A stretch of DNA of 37,987 nt. Origin: Gemmatimonadota bacterium. GTDB lineage: Bacteria; Gemmatimonadota; Gemmatimonadetes; Longimicrobiales; RSA9. Below the pieces are notes generated by a model. That model did no database searches and was not told where the DNA came from. It saw only the letters and a list, made by a program, of their open reading frames with translations. The position numbers and the translations under genes were made by a program. Of this stretch, positions 8,409 through 17,862 are shown in pieces; position 1 is the first letter of the stretch; every line of letters starts with the position of its first letter. The DNA is taken from contig JAGTUV010000379.1 of assembly GCA_018224305.1 (NCBI GenBank), positions 1 through 37,987 of the forward strand, written 5' to 3'.

Positions 8409-8606
8409 CCAGTCTGCGAGTCGCGGCCTCACGCCGCCCCGCAACCCTACGCAGCAGTCGCGCGCGGGTTGCAAGCCGTTCACATCCGGGGACTCAGGCG
8501 AGGATGATGCCTGCTGTCACAATAGCTGTAAGTCGCTGCCCGTTAGACTGTTACGAGGAAAACAGTGCCGCCGCGGACGTCGCCGCCCGACCGCTGGTGG
8601 GATGCG

Positions 8607-9845
8607 TCATCCCGATGACGGGACATGCATTTCGACACCGCCATAGTTGTCCGCAACGTAGCGATCCAGGATCTGCAGGAACTCCGCGACGAGGTCGTCG
8701 CCCTTCAGCGTGGTGTACAGCCGCCCATCGACATACACGGGCGCCTTCGGCTCCTCGAACGTTCCAGGAAGCGAGATCCCGATGTTCGCATGCTTCGATT
8801 CGCCCGGACCATTCACGACGCAGCCCATCACGGCGACCTTCATGTCCTCTACCCCGGGATACCGATCGCGCCAGCCGGGCATCTGCACCCTGATGTGGTC
8901 GGTGATGTCTTCGGCCATCTTCTGGAAGTACGTGCTGGTGGTTCGGCCGCAGCCCGGACAGCTCGTGACCTGCGGCGTGAAGCTGCGCAACTCGAGCGAC
9001 TGCAGAATCTGCTGCCCGACGAGCACTTCCTCGGTGCGATCTCCGCCCGGGCGCGGTGTCAGCGAGATGCGGATCGTATCACCGATCCCCTGCTGAAGCA
9101 GCACGGCGAGACCCGCCGTCGACGCGACCACGCCCTTCGTGCCGAGCCCCGCTTCCGTGAGACCGAGATGGAGCGGGTAGTCGCAGCGTGAAGCGAGCAT
9201 GCGATATACGGCAACCAGGTCCTGCACGCCGGAAACCTTGGCGCTCAGGATGATGCGGTCGTGAGCGAGGCCCGTCTCCTCGGCCAGCCGCGCGGAACGC
9301 AGCGCGCTCTCACACATCGCTTCGAGCATCACCGCACCGGCGCCGAGCGGGACGGGCGCGCTGGCATTCGCATCCATCATTTCGGTGAGCAGCTGCTGAT
9401 CGAGAGAGCCCCAGTTCACGCCGATGCGAACCGGCCGGTCGTATTCGACCGCGGCCTCGACGATCGTGCGGAAGTTCTCGTCACGACGTTTTGCGCCGAC
9501 GTTACCGGGGTTAATGCGGTACTTCGCAAGAGCGCGGGCGCAATCCGGATGCCGGGTCAGCAGCAGATGACCGTTGTAGTGGAAGTCACCGATGATCGGG
9601 ACTGTGACGTTCCAGCGATCCAGCAGCCGTGCGACTTCCGGTACTGCCGCCGCCGCCTCGTCGGTATTGACCGTGATCCGGACCAGTTCGCTGCCGGCCG
9701 CCGCAAGCGCAGCGATCTGCTCCGCCGTGGACTCCGGATCGGCCGTATCGGTATTCGTCATGGACTGCACGACAATCGGGTGCGCGCCGCCCACCGGGAC
9801 GCCGCCCACTCTGACCGTCACCGTCCGCCGTCTCGCTTCTGCCAT
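8607..9845 (-). CDS. ispG: 4-hydroxy-3-methylbut-2-en-1-yl diphosphate synthase (flavodoxin)
   Basis: The N-terminus [22 protein letters not shown] and the C-terminal Fe-S ligand region SCPGCGRT ... [10 protein letters not shown] match the family. The 412-aa length is typical of GcpE/IspG. Confidence 0.95.
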   Translation of the reverse strand: MAEARRRTVTVRVGGVPVGGAHPIVVQSMTNTDTADPESTAEQIAALAAAGSELVRITVNTDEAAAAVPEVARLLDRWNVTVPIIGDFHYNGHLLLTRHPDCARALAKYRINPGNVGAKRRDENFRTIVEAAVEYDRPVRIGVNWGSLDQQLLTEMMDANASAPVPLGAGAVMLEAMCESALRSARLAEETGLAHDRIILSAKVSGVQDLVAVYRMLASRCDYPLHLGLTEAGLGTKGVVASTAGLAVLLQQGIGDTIRISLTPRPGGDRTEEVLVGQQILQSLELRSFTPQVTSCPGCGRTTSTYFQKMAEDITDHIRVQMPGWRDRYPGVEDMKVAVMGCVVNGPGESKHANIGISLPGTFEEPKAPVYVDGRLYTTLKGDDLVAEFLQILDRYVADNYGGVEMHVPSSG

Positions 9846-9921
9846 GGTTTCCCTGTCGGATCCGCTGGTGCTGCAACAATCTACAGGTCGGCGCCGCGTC
9901 TGCGAAGGGCTGGAACTGCTG

Positions 9922-10070
9922 GGGCTGCGGACGGAGGCTGAGGCTGCGGAGGCTGAGGCTGCGGAGGGCTGCCGGCTGCGGAGGCTGAGGCAGACTGCGG
10001 AGGCTGCCGGCTGCGGAGGGCTGCCGGCTGCGGAGGGCTGCCGGCTGCGGAGGGCTGCCGGCTGCGGAAG
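9922..10070. repeat. about 9 tandem copies of a 15-19 bp GC-rich unit (last four are 17 bp)
   Basis: ggctgccggctgcggag occurs at 10002-10018, 10019-10035, 10036-10052 and 10053-10069. These are preceded by degenerate gctgaggctgcggag-type units. The array is in the ispG/lspA divergent spacer. Confidence 0.9.
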
Positions 10071-10356
10071 TCTCGGCCGCGGAGGGGGTTACGCCGCCGA
10101 CGTTCCACGCGCATGAAGCCGCGCAAGCCTCCGCGCGGCGTATGGGCGCAGGGCTGCCGACCTGGTCCGCGAACTCGGGCGGCGGGCACGGGCTGTGCAA
10201 AACGCCGCGGCATGCCGCGATGGAACGCAGCCATGCGCGAGCGGGTCATTATGGAGGATGGGTTCCTGGTCCGCCGCCTGGGTGGTCACGGCTGACACAG
10301 GCCAGTTACATTTGCCGGGCGCCGCACCTGCGCAGATATCGTCGAGAGGGAGTTGA

Positions 10357-10887
10357 ATGAAGCAGAAACTGATGCTGGCCGCCCTTGTCATCGGGTCCAT
10401 CGTATTCGCCGACATATCGACGAAGCGGTGGGCGCTCGAGTCCCTGAGACCGGGATTCATCGTTGAGTCCGCCGTGGGCGTGCCGATGACGCTGGCATTC
10501 AACACCGGCGTCGCATTCGGCCTGCCGCTGCCCTCCGCCGGCCGGTGGATCATCATCTTCGCGACTCTGGTGGTTCTTTACATGCTGGGCAGCCTGTTCA
10601 TTCGCGCCGAGCGCAACGACTGGCTTCGCCTCATGTCGATCGAACTCGTGGCCGCGGGCGCGATCGGCAACCTGATCGATCGGGTGCGCTGGGACGTTGG
10701 CGTTGTGGACTTCATCGGACCGATCAACCTCGGTATTATGCACTGGCCAATCTTCAACATCGCAGACATGGCAATCACGACGGGCGCGGTGCTCCTCGGC
10801 ATCTCGCTGTGGCGTGAGGAGTCGGCGGCCGCAGTCGCGGCCGAACCGGTCCACGTGCCGCGCACTGCAGAGGAGACGGGAAGCTAA
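10357..10887 (+). CDS. lspA: lipoprotein signal peptidase II
   Basis: NTGVAFG, GAIGNLIDRV, VVDFI and FNIADMAITTG motifs with 4 TM helices. A strong SD (GAGGGAG) lies 4 nt upstream of the ATG. Confidence 0.92.
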   Translation: MKQKLMLAALVIGSIVFADISTKRWALESLRPGFIVESAVGVPMTLAFNTGVAFGLPLPSAGRWIIIFATLVVLYMLGSLFIRAERNDWLRLMSIELVAAGAIGNLIDRVRWDVGVVDFIGPINLGIMHWPIFNIADMAITTGAVLLGISLWREESAAAVAAEPVHVPRTAEETGS

Positions 10888-10893
10888 ATCACC

Positions 10894-11346
10894 ATGCTGA
10901 AGGAGAACGACGCCGCGCCGGAATTCACGCTCGATGATCAGAACGGGAACAGCGTGAGCCTGTCCGATTTCCGCGGCCGCAAGGTAGTGATGTACTTTTA
11001 CCCGAAGGACGACACGTCTGGCTGCACGACGCAGGCGTGCGAGCTTCGTGACAGCGTCGACACATTCGATGCGCAGGGTGCCGTGATCCTCGGTGTCAGC
11101 CCGGACGATGCAGCATCTCATCGCAAATTCGCCGACAAGTATGACCTGAACTTCACGCTCCTCGCCGATGTCGACCATCAGGTGGCTGAGGCGTACGGCG
11201 TGTGGAAGGAAAAATCGATGTACGGGAGGAAGTACTGGGGCAACGAGCGCACCACGTTCGTCCTCGACGAGCAGGGCCGCATCGCGAAAATACTCCCGAA
11301 GGTCAAGCCGGCGGAGCACGTGGATCAGGTGCTCGCGTCGCTTTAG
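10894..11346 (+). CDS. bcp: thioredoxin-dependent peroxiredoxin (Bcp type)
   Basis: APEFTL..., and FYPKDDTSGCTTQAC with the peroxidatic and resolving Cys in a CxxxxC arrangement. It starts 6 nt after lspA. Confidence 0.92.
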   Translation: MLKENDAAPEFTLDDQNGNSVSLSDFRGRKVVMYFYPKDDTSGCTTQACELRDSVDTFDAQGAVILGVSPDDAASHRKFADKYDLNFTLLADVDHQVAEAYGVWKEKSMYGRKYWGNERTTFVLDEQGRIAKILPKVKPAEHVDQVLASL

Positions 11347-11359
11347 CGCAATCCTGACC

Positions 11360-12331
11360 ATGCCGCCCGCAGAATCGCCTGCAACTCTCATGTCCTGCGG
11401 CGTTCGTGTACCCTGCAGCACTTCCAACCTCGGCGCCGGCTTCGACTGTATCGGGCTGGCGTTCGACCGCTACCTGGACGCCGGCTATGAGCCCGGCCCC
11501 TCCGGACTGACGGTCGTCCGCTCAGGCACTTTGCGCGACCTCGATGTCGAACAGGATCGTGATCACATCGTACACGCATTTCTCTCCGAGCTCTCCCTCC
11601 GCGGATTCGAGCGACCGGGCGGGACGCTGATGGTGACATCGACGATTCCGGTAGGTCGCGGCCTCGGCTCGTCCGCAGCGGCCACTGTCGCAGGTATCGC
11701 TTTGGCTGCGGCGGCATGCGGCGACACGCTCGATCGCGAGGCGGCGCTCGCCTCGGCAACACGCATCGAGGGCCACCCCGATAATTCGGCACCCTCGCTG
11801 TTCGGCGGGCTCATGGCAGTGGCGGGCTCGGGCCATGGCGTACCGCACGCCATGCGGATGCCGCTGTCCGATGAGGTCGGCTTCGTGTTCGCTGCACCGG
11901 CGGACTGCGTATCCACCACCCGCGCGCGCACCGCCCTGCCGCAGCACGTACCGCACAGCGCCGCCGCACGCAACCTGGGGCGCCTCGCTGCACTGCTGCA
12001 CGGACTCGCGACCGCGGATGCGGAAGCGATCGCGATAGGATTCTCCGACGAGCTGCACGTGCCCTATCGTCTCCCTCTCATTCCGCACGCGAAGGCTGCT
12101 CTCGACGCCGCGACCGCTGCGGGCGCCTGGGGTGCAACCATCTCCGGCAGCGGTTCCGGCATCATTGCGGCATGTCCACATGACGTGGAGGCACCCATTT
12201 CGAACGCGATGCTCGAGGCATTCGGCGGCGCGGGCGTTGGCGCACTGACGTTCAGCCTGCGCCCCGACATGCACGGTGCGCAGCCGCGCGATTTCGGAAC
12301 GCTGCGGGACGTCATGCGACATGCATCATGA
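11360..12331 (+). CDS. thrB: homoserine kinase
   Basis: NLGAGFDCIGLAF and the GHMP-kinase motif PVGRGLGSSAA. The ORF-track start at 11168 lies inside bcp, so I chose ATG 11360; ATG 11390 (MSCGVRVP) is equally plausible. The stop overlaps the thrC start (ATGA). Confidence 0.9.
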   Translation: MPPAESPATLMSCGVRVPCSTSNLGAGFDCIGLAFDRYLDAGYEPGPSGLTVVRSGTLRDLDVEQDRDHIVHAFLSELSLRGFERPGGTLMVTSTIPVGRGLGSSAAATVAGIALAAAACGDTLDREAALASATRIEGHPDNSAPSLFGGLMAVAGSGHGVPHAMRMPLSDEVGFVFAAPADCVSTTRARTALPQHVPHSAAARNLGRLAALLHGLATADAEAIAIGFSDELHVPYRLPLIPHAKAALDAATAAGAWGATISGSGSGIIAACPHDVEAPISNAMLEAFGGAGVGALTFSLRPDMHGAQPRDFGTLRDVMRHAS

Positions 12332-13410
12332 CAGAGGTGCACGCAGTGACCACTAGAATGCAGCGTGAGTCCGGCATACTGTACCACTTCCGCGATCACC
12401 TGCCGCTGACCGACCGCACCCCCATGCTGTCGCTGCACGAGGGCGGTACACCGCTCGTGCACGCGCCCCGCCTGGCCGCGTGGGTCGGCGTGCCCGAGCT
12501 GTACCTCAAGTACGAGGGTCTCAACCCGACAGGCTCGTTCAAGGATCGCGGGATGGTGCTGGCCGTCGCCCGCGCGGTCGAGGATGGTGCCCGCGCAGTG
12601 CTCTGCGCTTCCACCGGCAATACCGCAGCGAGTGCGGCTGCCTACGCCGCCCATGCGGGCATTCGCTCGATCGTGCTGCTTCCCGCCGGTCGTGTCGCCG
12701 CGGGGAAGCTCGCGCAGGCAGTGATTTATGGTGCGGACGTAGTCACCGTCGACGGCAGCTTCGACCACGCGCTCGCCCTCGCGCTGAACGCATCCCGCAA
12801 GTTCGACCTCGCACTCGTGAACTCCGTCAATCCCGCACGCATCGAAGGCCAGACGACTGCCGCGTACGAGATCTGCGATGCACTCGGCGACGCTCCGCCG
12901 GTTCTCGCGCTGCCCGTCGGCAATGGCGGCAATATCACTGCCTACTGGCTCGGATTCCGTCGTGCACTCGAGCACGGCCGCGCAACCCGGCTTCCGCGAA
13001 TTCTCGGCGTGCAGGCGGAAGGCGCAGCGCCATTCGTGCACGGCGCACCCGTCGAGCACCCGGACACCGTCGCAACCGCCATCCGTATCGGACGACCGGC
13101 CACCTGGGAGCCGGCGATCCGCGCGGCGCAGGATTCAGGCGGCGCGTTCCGCGCCGTGAGCGACGAAGCGATCCTGGAAGCGTATCGCGCGATTGCTGCG
13201 CATGAAGGTATCTTCTGTGAGCCGGCGTCTGCCGCGAGCGTCGCGGGCCTGCGCGCCGCCGTACGCGCGGGCGCGATCGATGCCGCGCAACAGTGCGTCT
13301 GCATACTGACGGGCAGCGGCCTCAAGGACCCGGACACGGCCGTCGCCAACGTCGAGATCGGTGCGCCGATCGACATGAACGACGTCGAGTATATCGGCAG
13401 GTTGATCTGA
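12328..13410 (+). CDS. thrC: threonine synthase
   Basis: HEGGTPLV, and YLKYEGLNPTGSFKDRG with the PLP lysine. It has an ATGA overlap with thrB. Confidence 0.95.
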   Translation: MTEVHAVTTRMQRESGILYHFRDHLPLTDRTPMLSLHEGGTPLVHAPRLAAWVGVPELYLKYEGLNPTGSFKDRGMVLAVARAVEDGARAVLCASTGNTAASAAAYAAHAGIRSIVLLPAGRVAAGKLAQAVIYGADVVTVDGSFDHALALALNASRKFDLALVNSVNPARIEGQTTAAYEICDALGDAPPVLALPVGNGGNITAYWLGFRRALEHGRATRLPRILGVQAEGAAPFVHGAPVEHPDTVATAIRIGRPATWEPAIRAAQDSGGAFRAVSDEAILEAYRAIAAHEGIFCEPASAASVAGLRAAVRAGAIDAAQQCVCILTGSGLKDPDTAVANVEIGAPIDMNDVEYIGRLI

Positions 13411-13427
13411 CCGGCAGGTTGATCCGC
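13394..13427. repeat. 17-bp tandem duplication spanning the thrC stop codon
   Basis: tcggcaggttgatctga is followed by ccggcaggttgatccgc (14/17 identical). Confidence 0.8.
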
Positions 13428-13432
13428 GAACT

Positions 13433-14476
13433 CTAGCGCCGGGCGACGCCGAGCCCCGGCTCACTGTTGAGCGACAACCGCCCATCCGTCCCGAGCGACG
13501 GCCCCGTGAACGGATCGGATTCCAGCAGCACAGCACCATCCAGATCCGTCCAGTCCACCAGTGGCGCGATCTGCATTGCTGCGGCGATGCCCAGCGTACT
13601 GCACAGCATGCAACCCACCATCACCTTCAGGTGGTGCGCGCGTGCGATGTGGACCATTCTGACCGCCTCACGCAGTGAGCCGCATTTCTCCAGCTTGATG
13701 TTGATGCCATCGACGGCACCGGCGAGTCGCGGGATATCCGCGGCCGTACGGCACGATTCATCGGCGATCACCGGTATCGCCGACCGCTCGCGCAGCAGAC
13801 GGAACGCCTCGATATCGTCCGCCTTGAATGGCTGCTCGATCAGTTCGATGCCCAGCTCTTCGAGCAACGGCAGCAGCGCCACCGCCTGTTTCACCGACCA
13901 GTTCGTGTTCGCATCGATACGGACTGTGCGGTCAGGTGCATGCTTCCTGATCAGTTCCAGCACGCGACGGTCCTCCGGAGTCCCCACTTTTACCTTGATG
14001 ATCGGATACGACGCCGCTTCCTCCAGTCGCCGGACCATGACTTCGGGCTCCGCAATTCCGATCGTGAACGATGACACCGGCACCGCACTGTCGAGTCCCC
14101 ACAGCCTCCAGACCGGAACCCCCAGCCGCTTTCCGGCAAGGTCGTGAAGCGCTGCCGACATTGCGGCGCGCGCCGATGGGTTCCTGCCCGCAGCCAGTTC
14201 AACAGCCGACTCCGCGCGCTCGAGCGCCAGCACATCCGCGTCCGCTCCGATCGCGTCGTTGAGCGCCTTCTCGTACAGCGGCAGCAACGCAAGGACCGTG
14301 TCTGCCGACTCACCGTAATACGCGTTCGCCGCCGCCTCACCCCAGCCCTCTGCTCCCGCTCCATCCTCGATGCGCACCCAGACGGTGCGGCGGACGGGCG
14401 GCGCCGAAGCACGCGCTATGTTGAACGCATGCTTTGTCGTGAGTTCCAGAACTTCGTGCCGGATCCTGAATGCCAT
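13433..14476 (-). CDS. dipeptide epimerase (L-Ala-D/L-Glu epimerase type, enolase superfamily)
   Basis: KxK (IKVKVG), RIDAN, IEQP, IADES and IKLEKCG catalytic and metal motifs. I set the start to ATG 14476 (MAFRIRHEV). The ORF-track 553-aa extension runs antisense through the EamA gene. Confidence 0.88.
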   Translation of the reverse strand: MAFRIRHEVLELTTKHAFNIARASAPPVRRTVWVRIEDGAGAEGWGEAAANAYYGESADTVLALLPLYEKALNDAIGADADVLALERAESAVELAAGRNPSARAAMSAALHDLAGKRLGVPVWRLWGLDSAVPVSSFTIGIAEPEVMVRRLEEAASYPIIKVKVGTPEDRRVLELIRKHAPDRTVRIDANTNWSVKQAVALLPLLEELGIELIEQPFKADDIEAFRLLRERSAIPVIADESCRTAADIPRLAGAVDGINIKLEKCGSLREAVRMVHIARAHHLKVMVGCMLCSTLGIAAAMQIAPLVDWTDLDGAVLLESDPFTGPSLGTDGRLSLNSEPGLGVARR

Positions 14477-14639
14477 CGTTCCCCTCGCCTTGGAAGCCCG
14501 CCCCAATTCTATGATGTCCCGGGGCCCGCACAAGCCGGCTGGCGCCGCTGTCGCACGAATTCCGTCGACGGGGGTAGACTGGAGCGCGATCGGGCGCGGG
14601 ACGCACGGCCGCTGACGCGCTAACCTGCACCGGTTGGAT

Positions 14640-15602
14640 ATGTCCGACGCTCCACGCGGCAAAATCATAGCCGCCTTCGCCGCCGTATACGTCATCTGGG
14701 GATCGACGTACCTCGCTATCCTCTTCGCCATCGAAACCCTGCCGCCGTTCCTCATGGCGGGCGTACGGTTCCTGGTTGCCGGCGCGCTCCTGTTCACCTG
14801 GGCTGCGCTACGAACGCCGCGCAGGCCGACCCGTGCACAATGGAAAGCCGCGTTCATCATCGGCGGATTGCTGCTGCTGGGCGGGAATGGAGCCGTAACC
14901 TGGGCCGAACAGACCGTGCCGTCCGGTGTGGTTGCCCTGCTCGTCGCGGGCACGCCCTGCTGGATGGTACTGCTGGACTGGCTTTGGCAGGGTTCCGCGC
15001 GGCCGGGTGCACGAACGGTTATCGGTATCGTCCTCGGCTTTGGCGGGATCGTTCTGCTGCTCGGACCATCCGCGCTGCTCGATGGCGGATCCATTCACCT
15101 CGCGGGAGCGCTCGTTGTCCTCCTCGGGTCGCTCGCATGGGCAACGGGATCGATTTACTCCAAACGGGCGCCGCGGCCCGACGGCGCACTGATGTCGACG
15201 GGAATGCAGATGCTGATGGGCGGCAGCCTGCTGGTGCTTGCGGGGACTGTGACGGGCGAATGGACACGTGTCGATATTGCTTCTGTATCACTGAAGTCGA
15301 CGCTCGCGCTCGCGTACCTGATCGTGTTCGGTGCAATCATCGGTTACTCGGCATATCTGTGGCTCCTTCGCGTGTCCTCGCCTGCGCGCGTGTCCACCTA
15401 CGCCTATGTGAATCCCGTCGTCGCAGTGCTGCTCGGCTGGGCGCTGGCTGGCGAGACATTCACGCTCCGCATGGCAGTTGCAGCCGCAATCATCATAGCC
15501 GGAGTGGCGCTGATCACGCTCGAGGAAAACTCGCGATCGAAGAAAGTCGCGACGACAACTGCTGCTGAGACGGCACGCTTCGCCGCGGAGGGCAGTCTGT
15601 AG
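14640..15602 (+). CDS. DMT-superfamily transporter (EamA family)
   Basis: About 10 TM helices arranged as two EamA-like halves (AAFAAVYVIWGSTYLAI ...; ...YAYVNPVVAVLLGW). I prefer ATG 14640 over TTG 14634. Confidence 0.85.
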   Translation: MSDAPRGKIIAAFAAVYVIWGSTYLAILFAIETLPPFLMAGVRFLVAGALLFTWAALRTPRRPTRAQWKAAFIIGGLLLLGGNGAVTWAEQTVPSGVVALLVAGTPCWMVLLDWLWQGSARPGARTVIGIVLGFGGIVLLLGPSALLDGGSIHLAGALVVLLGSLAWATGSIYSKRAPRPDGALMSTGMQMLMGGSLLVLAGTVTGEWTRVDIASVSLKSTLALAYLIVFGAIIGYSAYLWLLRVSSPARVSTYAYVNPVVAVLLGWALAGETFTLRMAVAAAIIIAGVALITLEENSRSKKVATTTAAETARFAAEGSL

Positions 15603-15692
15603 TTCGCACCGTACGCAGCGCATGGCACATCGGAACTCCAGGTGCGAGTGGAAGTGCCCGAGTGGGGACGCGGCATCGGCTCGGCATGATGC

Positions 15693-17822
15693 TCAGTTCG
15701 TGACCGACGGCGCGTTCAGCACGAGATTGTCGATGAAGAACTCCATCATGAGCGCCGGATTGATCGCGGTATGGCCGCGGTCCGGCCCCACCATGAGGTC
15801 GAAGCTCCTGCCGACTCGCTGCAGTTCTGCAACGAGCTGAAGCGTGTTCGACGGGTGCACGTTGTTGTCGGCCGTGCCGTAGTACAGCATCAGCCGGCCG
15901 CGGAGATTGTCGACGTACTTCATGGCCGATCCCGCGTCATACCCGCTCGTGTTCTCCTGCGGAATCCACATATAGCGCTCAGTATAGATCGTGTCGTAGT
16001 GGCGCCAGTCTGTGACGGATGAGGACGCGGCTGCTGCGTGGAAGACGTCGGGATGCCGAAGCAGAGCCATGGCCGACGCGTAGCCGCCGTACGACGTGCC
16101 GAAGATACCGACACGGTTGCGGTCCACGTACGGCCTTTCGTACAGACCGCGCACGCCAGCCGCAATGTCGTCGATCTCGACAACGCCGAGCTTCCCGTAG
16201 ATGGCGTCGAGCGCACGCTTGCCACGCCCGGATGAATTGCGACCGTCGAGTGTGACGACCAGGAACCCGTACTCGGTACGCGGATCAGGCATTGTGAACG
16301 TTTCGCGTGCTCCAGTGGACCCCGGTCCGTTATAGACACTGACGAGAACCGGGTACCGCCGGGACGGATCGAAGCCGGACGGTTTGTGCAGCATGCCGTT
16401 CAGCTGCGTTGCGCCGTCGGCGGCGGTGAACGCGAACATCTCCACGCGCCTCAGATTCAGCTCATCGAACTTCGACATGTCGCTCGTCGCCAGTTCCGCG
16501 ACAGTGCGCCCGGCCGCATCACGCAACGTGGTGACGGGCGGTGAGTCATGCGTCTGCGCGACATCGACGAAATGCCGGCCGTCCGGCGCAACCGTGACGG
16601 TGTGGTGGAATGCCGGATCAGTCAGGCGGCGGTCACCCGTGCCGTCGAGACGAACCACATGGAGCTGCAGCTTCATGTGGTTGTCACCATCGCGCGCGGT
16701 GTACCATACAACTTGTGCCTTCTCATCCACGTGTACGATGGATCCAACCTCGAACGCGTGATTCGTCACGGTGGACAGCAGCCTGCCGGTGAGATCGTAG
16801 AGGTAGATGTTGCGGAAGCCGTTGCGCTCCGAGATCCACAGGAAGCGCCGGCCATCCTCCAGGTACTGCATCGGCGGCGAGTTCATAACCCACCCGGTCG
16901 GCCACTCCTCGCGCACGATGACTCGACACGCGCCGGTTGACGGACTGCACGCTGTGAACTCCATGATGTTCTGCCGGCGGTTCGTCCGGTTGAGCGTGAT
17001 CTCGCTCCCGTCCGGCGTCCAACCAACGCGATATGCGTAGTGCCCTACCACATTGTTTGTGAACGACTGGCCATCGCGTATGTCGATTCTCGTGGACTCA
17101 CCCGTCGCCACGTCGTACGCGAAGATATCGACGATCGGATTCGGCACACCCGCCTTCGGGTATGCCTCGCTGTCGACAGTGCTCTGAAGCTTCGTCTGAT
17201 CCAGTTGCAGGAAGTAGTCGGGGACGCCGCTCTCGTCGAAGCGGTAGTATGCGATCCTGCTGCCATCCGGCGACCACCATATCGCGGTGCTCTGACCCAG
17301 CTCCTCGCCGTACACCCAGCTCGCGGTGCCATACTTGACGCGCTGGGCCACACTGCCACCGGTGGTGATAGCCTTCTCCTCCGAGCCATCCGCCGCGCTC
17401 AACCACAGGTTGCGATCACGGTAGAAGGCCTTCAGCGAGCCACCGGGCGACTCCGCCGAATCGAACTGGCGGCCGCGCTCCGGACGGCTGCCGCGGCCGA
17501 AGCCGTCCTGGCCCGGCGCCGGAGGGGGGATCTCCACTGCCTGCCGCGCAGCGACGCCATAGCGGTATGGCTTGCCGTCATGCTGGTAGTCGAACGCACT
17601 GCCGTCATCGAGCCATGAGACGTTCAGCGAGCCGAGCCTGACGGCGCCCTGCCGCTGTCCTGTTATCCGCTGATACTGTTCGTAGCCCGGCATCGTCGGC
17701 AGCCGGTCCTGCCCCGCAGCCTGAGCGGGGACAACAGCGAGGGTCAGGAGCAGCGGCAGTGCCGTACGAATCGCTGCGACAGCCGATCCCACGCGAGCGT
17801 CAGCGATCATCCGCATCATCAT
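15693..17822 (-). CDS. S9B-family dipeptidyl-peptidase IV-like serine peptidase (secreted)
   Basis: Signal peptide, a DPPIV-type propeller region, and a catalytic domain with GTSYGGY (Ser), YGTADNNVH (Asp) and DRGHT (His). I set the start to ATG 17822 (GGAGA-N7-ATG); the ORF-track extension overlaps the upstream gene. Confidence 0.9.
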   Translation of the reverse strand: MMMRMIADARVGSAVAAIRTALPLLLTLAVVPAQAAGQDRLPTMPGYEQYQRITGQRQGAVRLGSLNVSWLDDGSAFDYQHDGKPYRYGVAARQAVEIPPPAPGQDGFGRGSRPERGRQFDSAESPGGSLKAFYRDRNLWLSAADGSEEKAITTGGSVAQRVKYGTASWVYGEELGQSTAIWWSPDGSRIAYYRFDESGVPDYFLQLDQTKLQSTVDSEAYPKAGVPNPIVDIFAYDVATGESTRIDIRDGQSFTNNVVGHYAYRVGWTPDGSEITLNRTNRRQNIMEFTACSPSTGACRVIVREEWPTGWVMNSPPMQYLEDGRRFLWISERNGFRNIYLYDLTGRLLSTVTNHAFEVGSIVHVDEKAQVVWYTARDGDNHMKLQLHVVRLDGTGDRRLTDPAFHHTVTVAPDGRHFVDVAQTHDSPPVTTLRDAAGRTVAELATSDMSKFDELNLRRVEMFAFTAADGATQLNGMLHKPSGFDPSRRYPVLVSVYNGPGSTGARETFTMPDPRTEYGFLVVTLDGRNSSGRGKRALDAIYGKLGVVEIDDIAAGVRGLYERPYVDRNRVGIFGTSYGGYASAMALLRHPDVFHAAAASSSVTDWRHYDTIYTERYMWIPQENTSGYDAGSAMKYVDNLRGRLMLYYGTADNNVHPSNTLQLVAELQRVGRSFDLMVGPDRGHTAINPALMMEFFIDNLVLNAPSVTN

Positions 17823-17862
17823 GTGAATGTCTCCAGATGTGGTATCCGACAGATATCGGATT

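Noticed and set aside
8461-8580. Weak -24/-12-like matches on the minus strand upstream of the TolC gene: CGGCTTGCAACCCGC and CGGCACTGTTTTCCT.
   Set aside because: Only the minimal GG-N10-GC is matched, or the -12 element is missing. Such matches are expected by chance at this GC content.
8599-8620. Two mutually exclusive short hairpins overlapping the ispG stop codon: GGGATGcgtCATCCC and CGTCATcccgATGACG.
   Set aside because: Each is only a 6-bp stem with no U-tract, and they partly lie inside the coding sequence. This is too weak to call a terminator or switch.
9922-10070. A possible CRISPR array or a repetitive-protein gene. ORFs 9586..10200 and 9881..10249 encode [14 protein letters not shown]-type repeats.
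   Set aside because: The units are contiguous with no spacers and are only 15-19 bp long. The 17-bp period is not a multiple of 3, so the reading frames drift. The ORFs also overlap ispG. I treat this as a non-coding minisatellite.
14477-15094. N-terminal extension making the epimerase ORF 553 aa. Similar ORF-track extensions exist for the NtrC gene (to 3053), DPP-IV (to 18044), M23 (to 31908), EEP (to 35451), thrB (from 11168), methyltransferase (to 21087) and the small membrane protein (to 4574).
   Set aside because: The extensions have junk-like composition and overlap neighbouring real genes. Internal ATGs coincide with domain starts, signal peptides or SD sequences.
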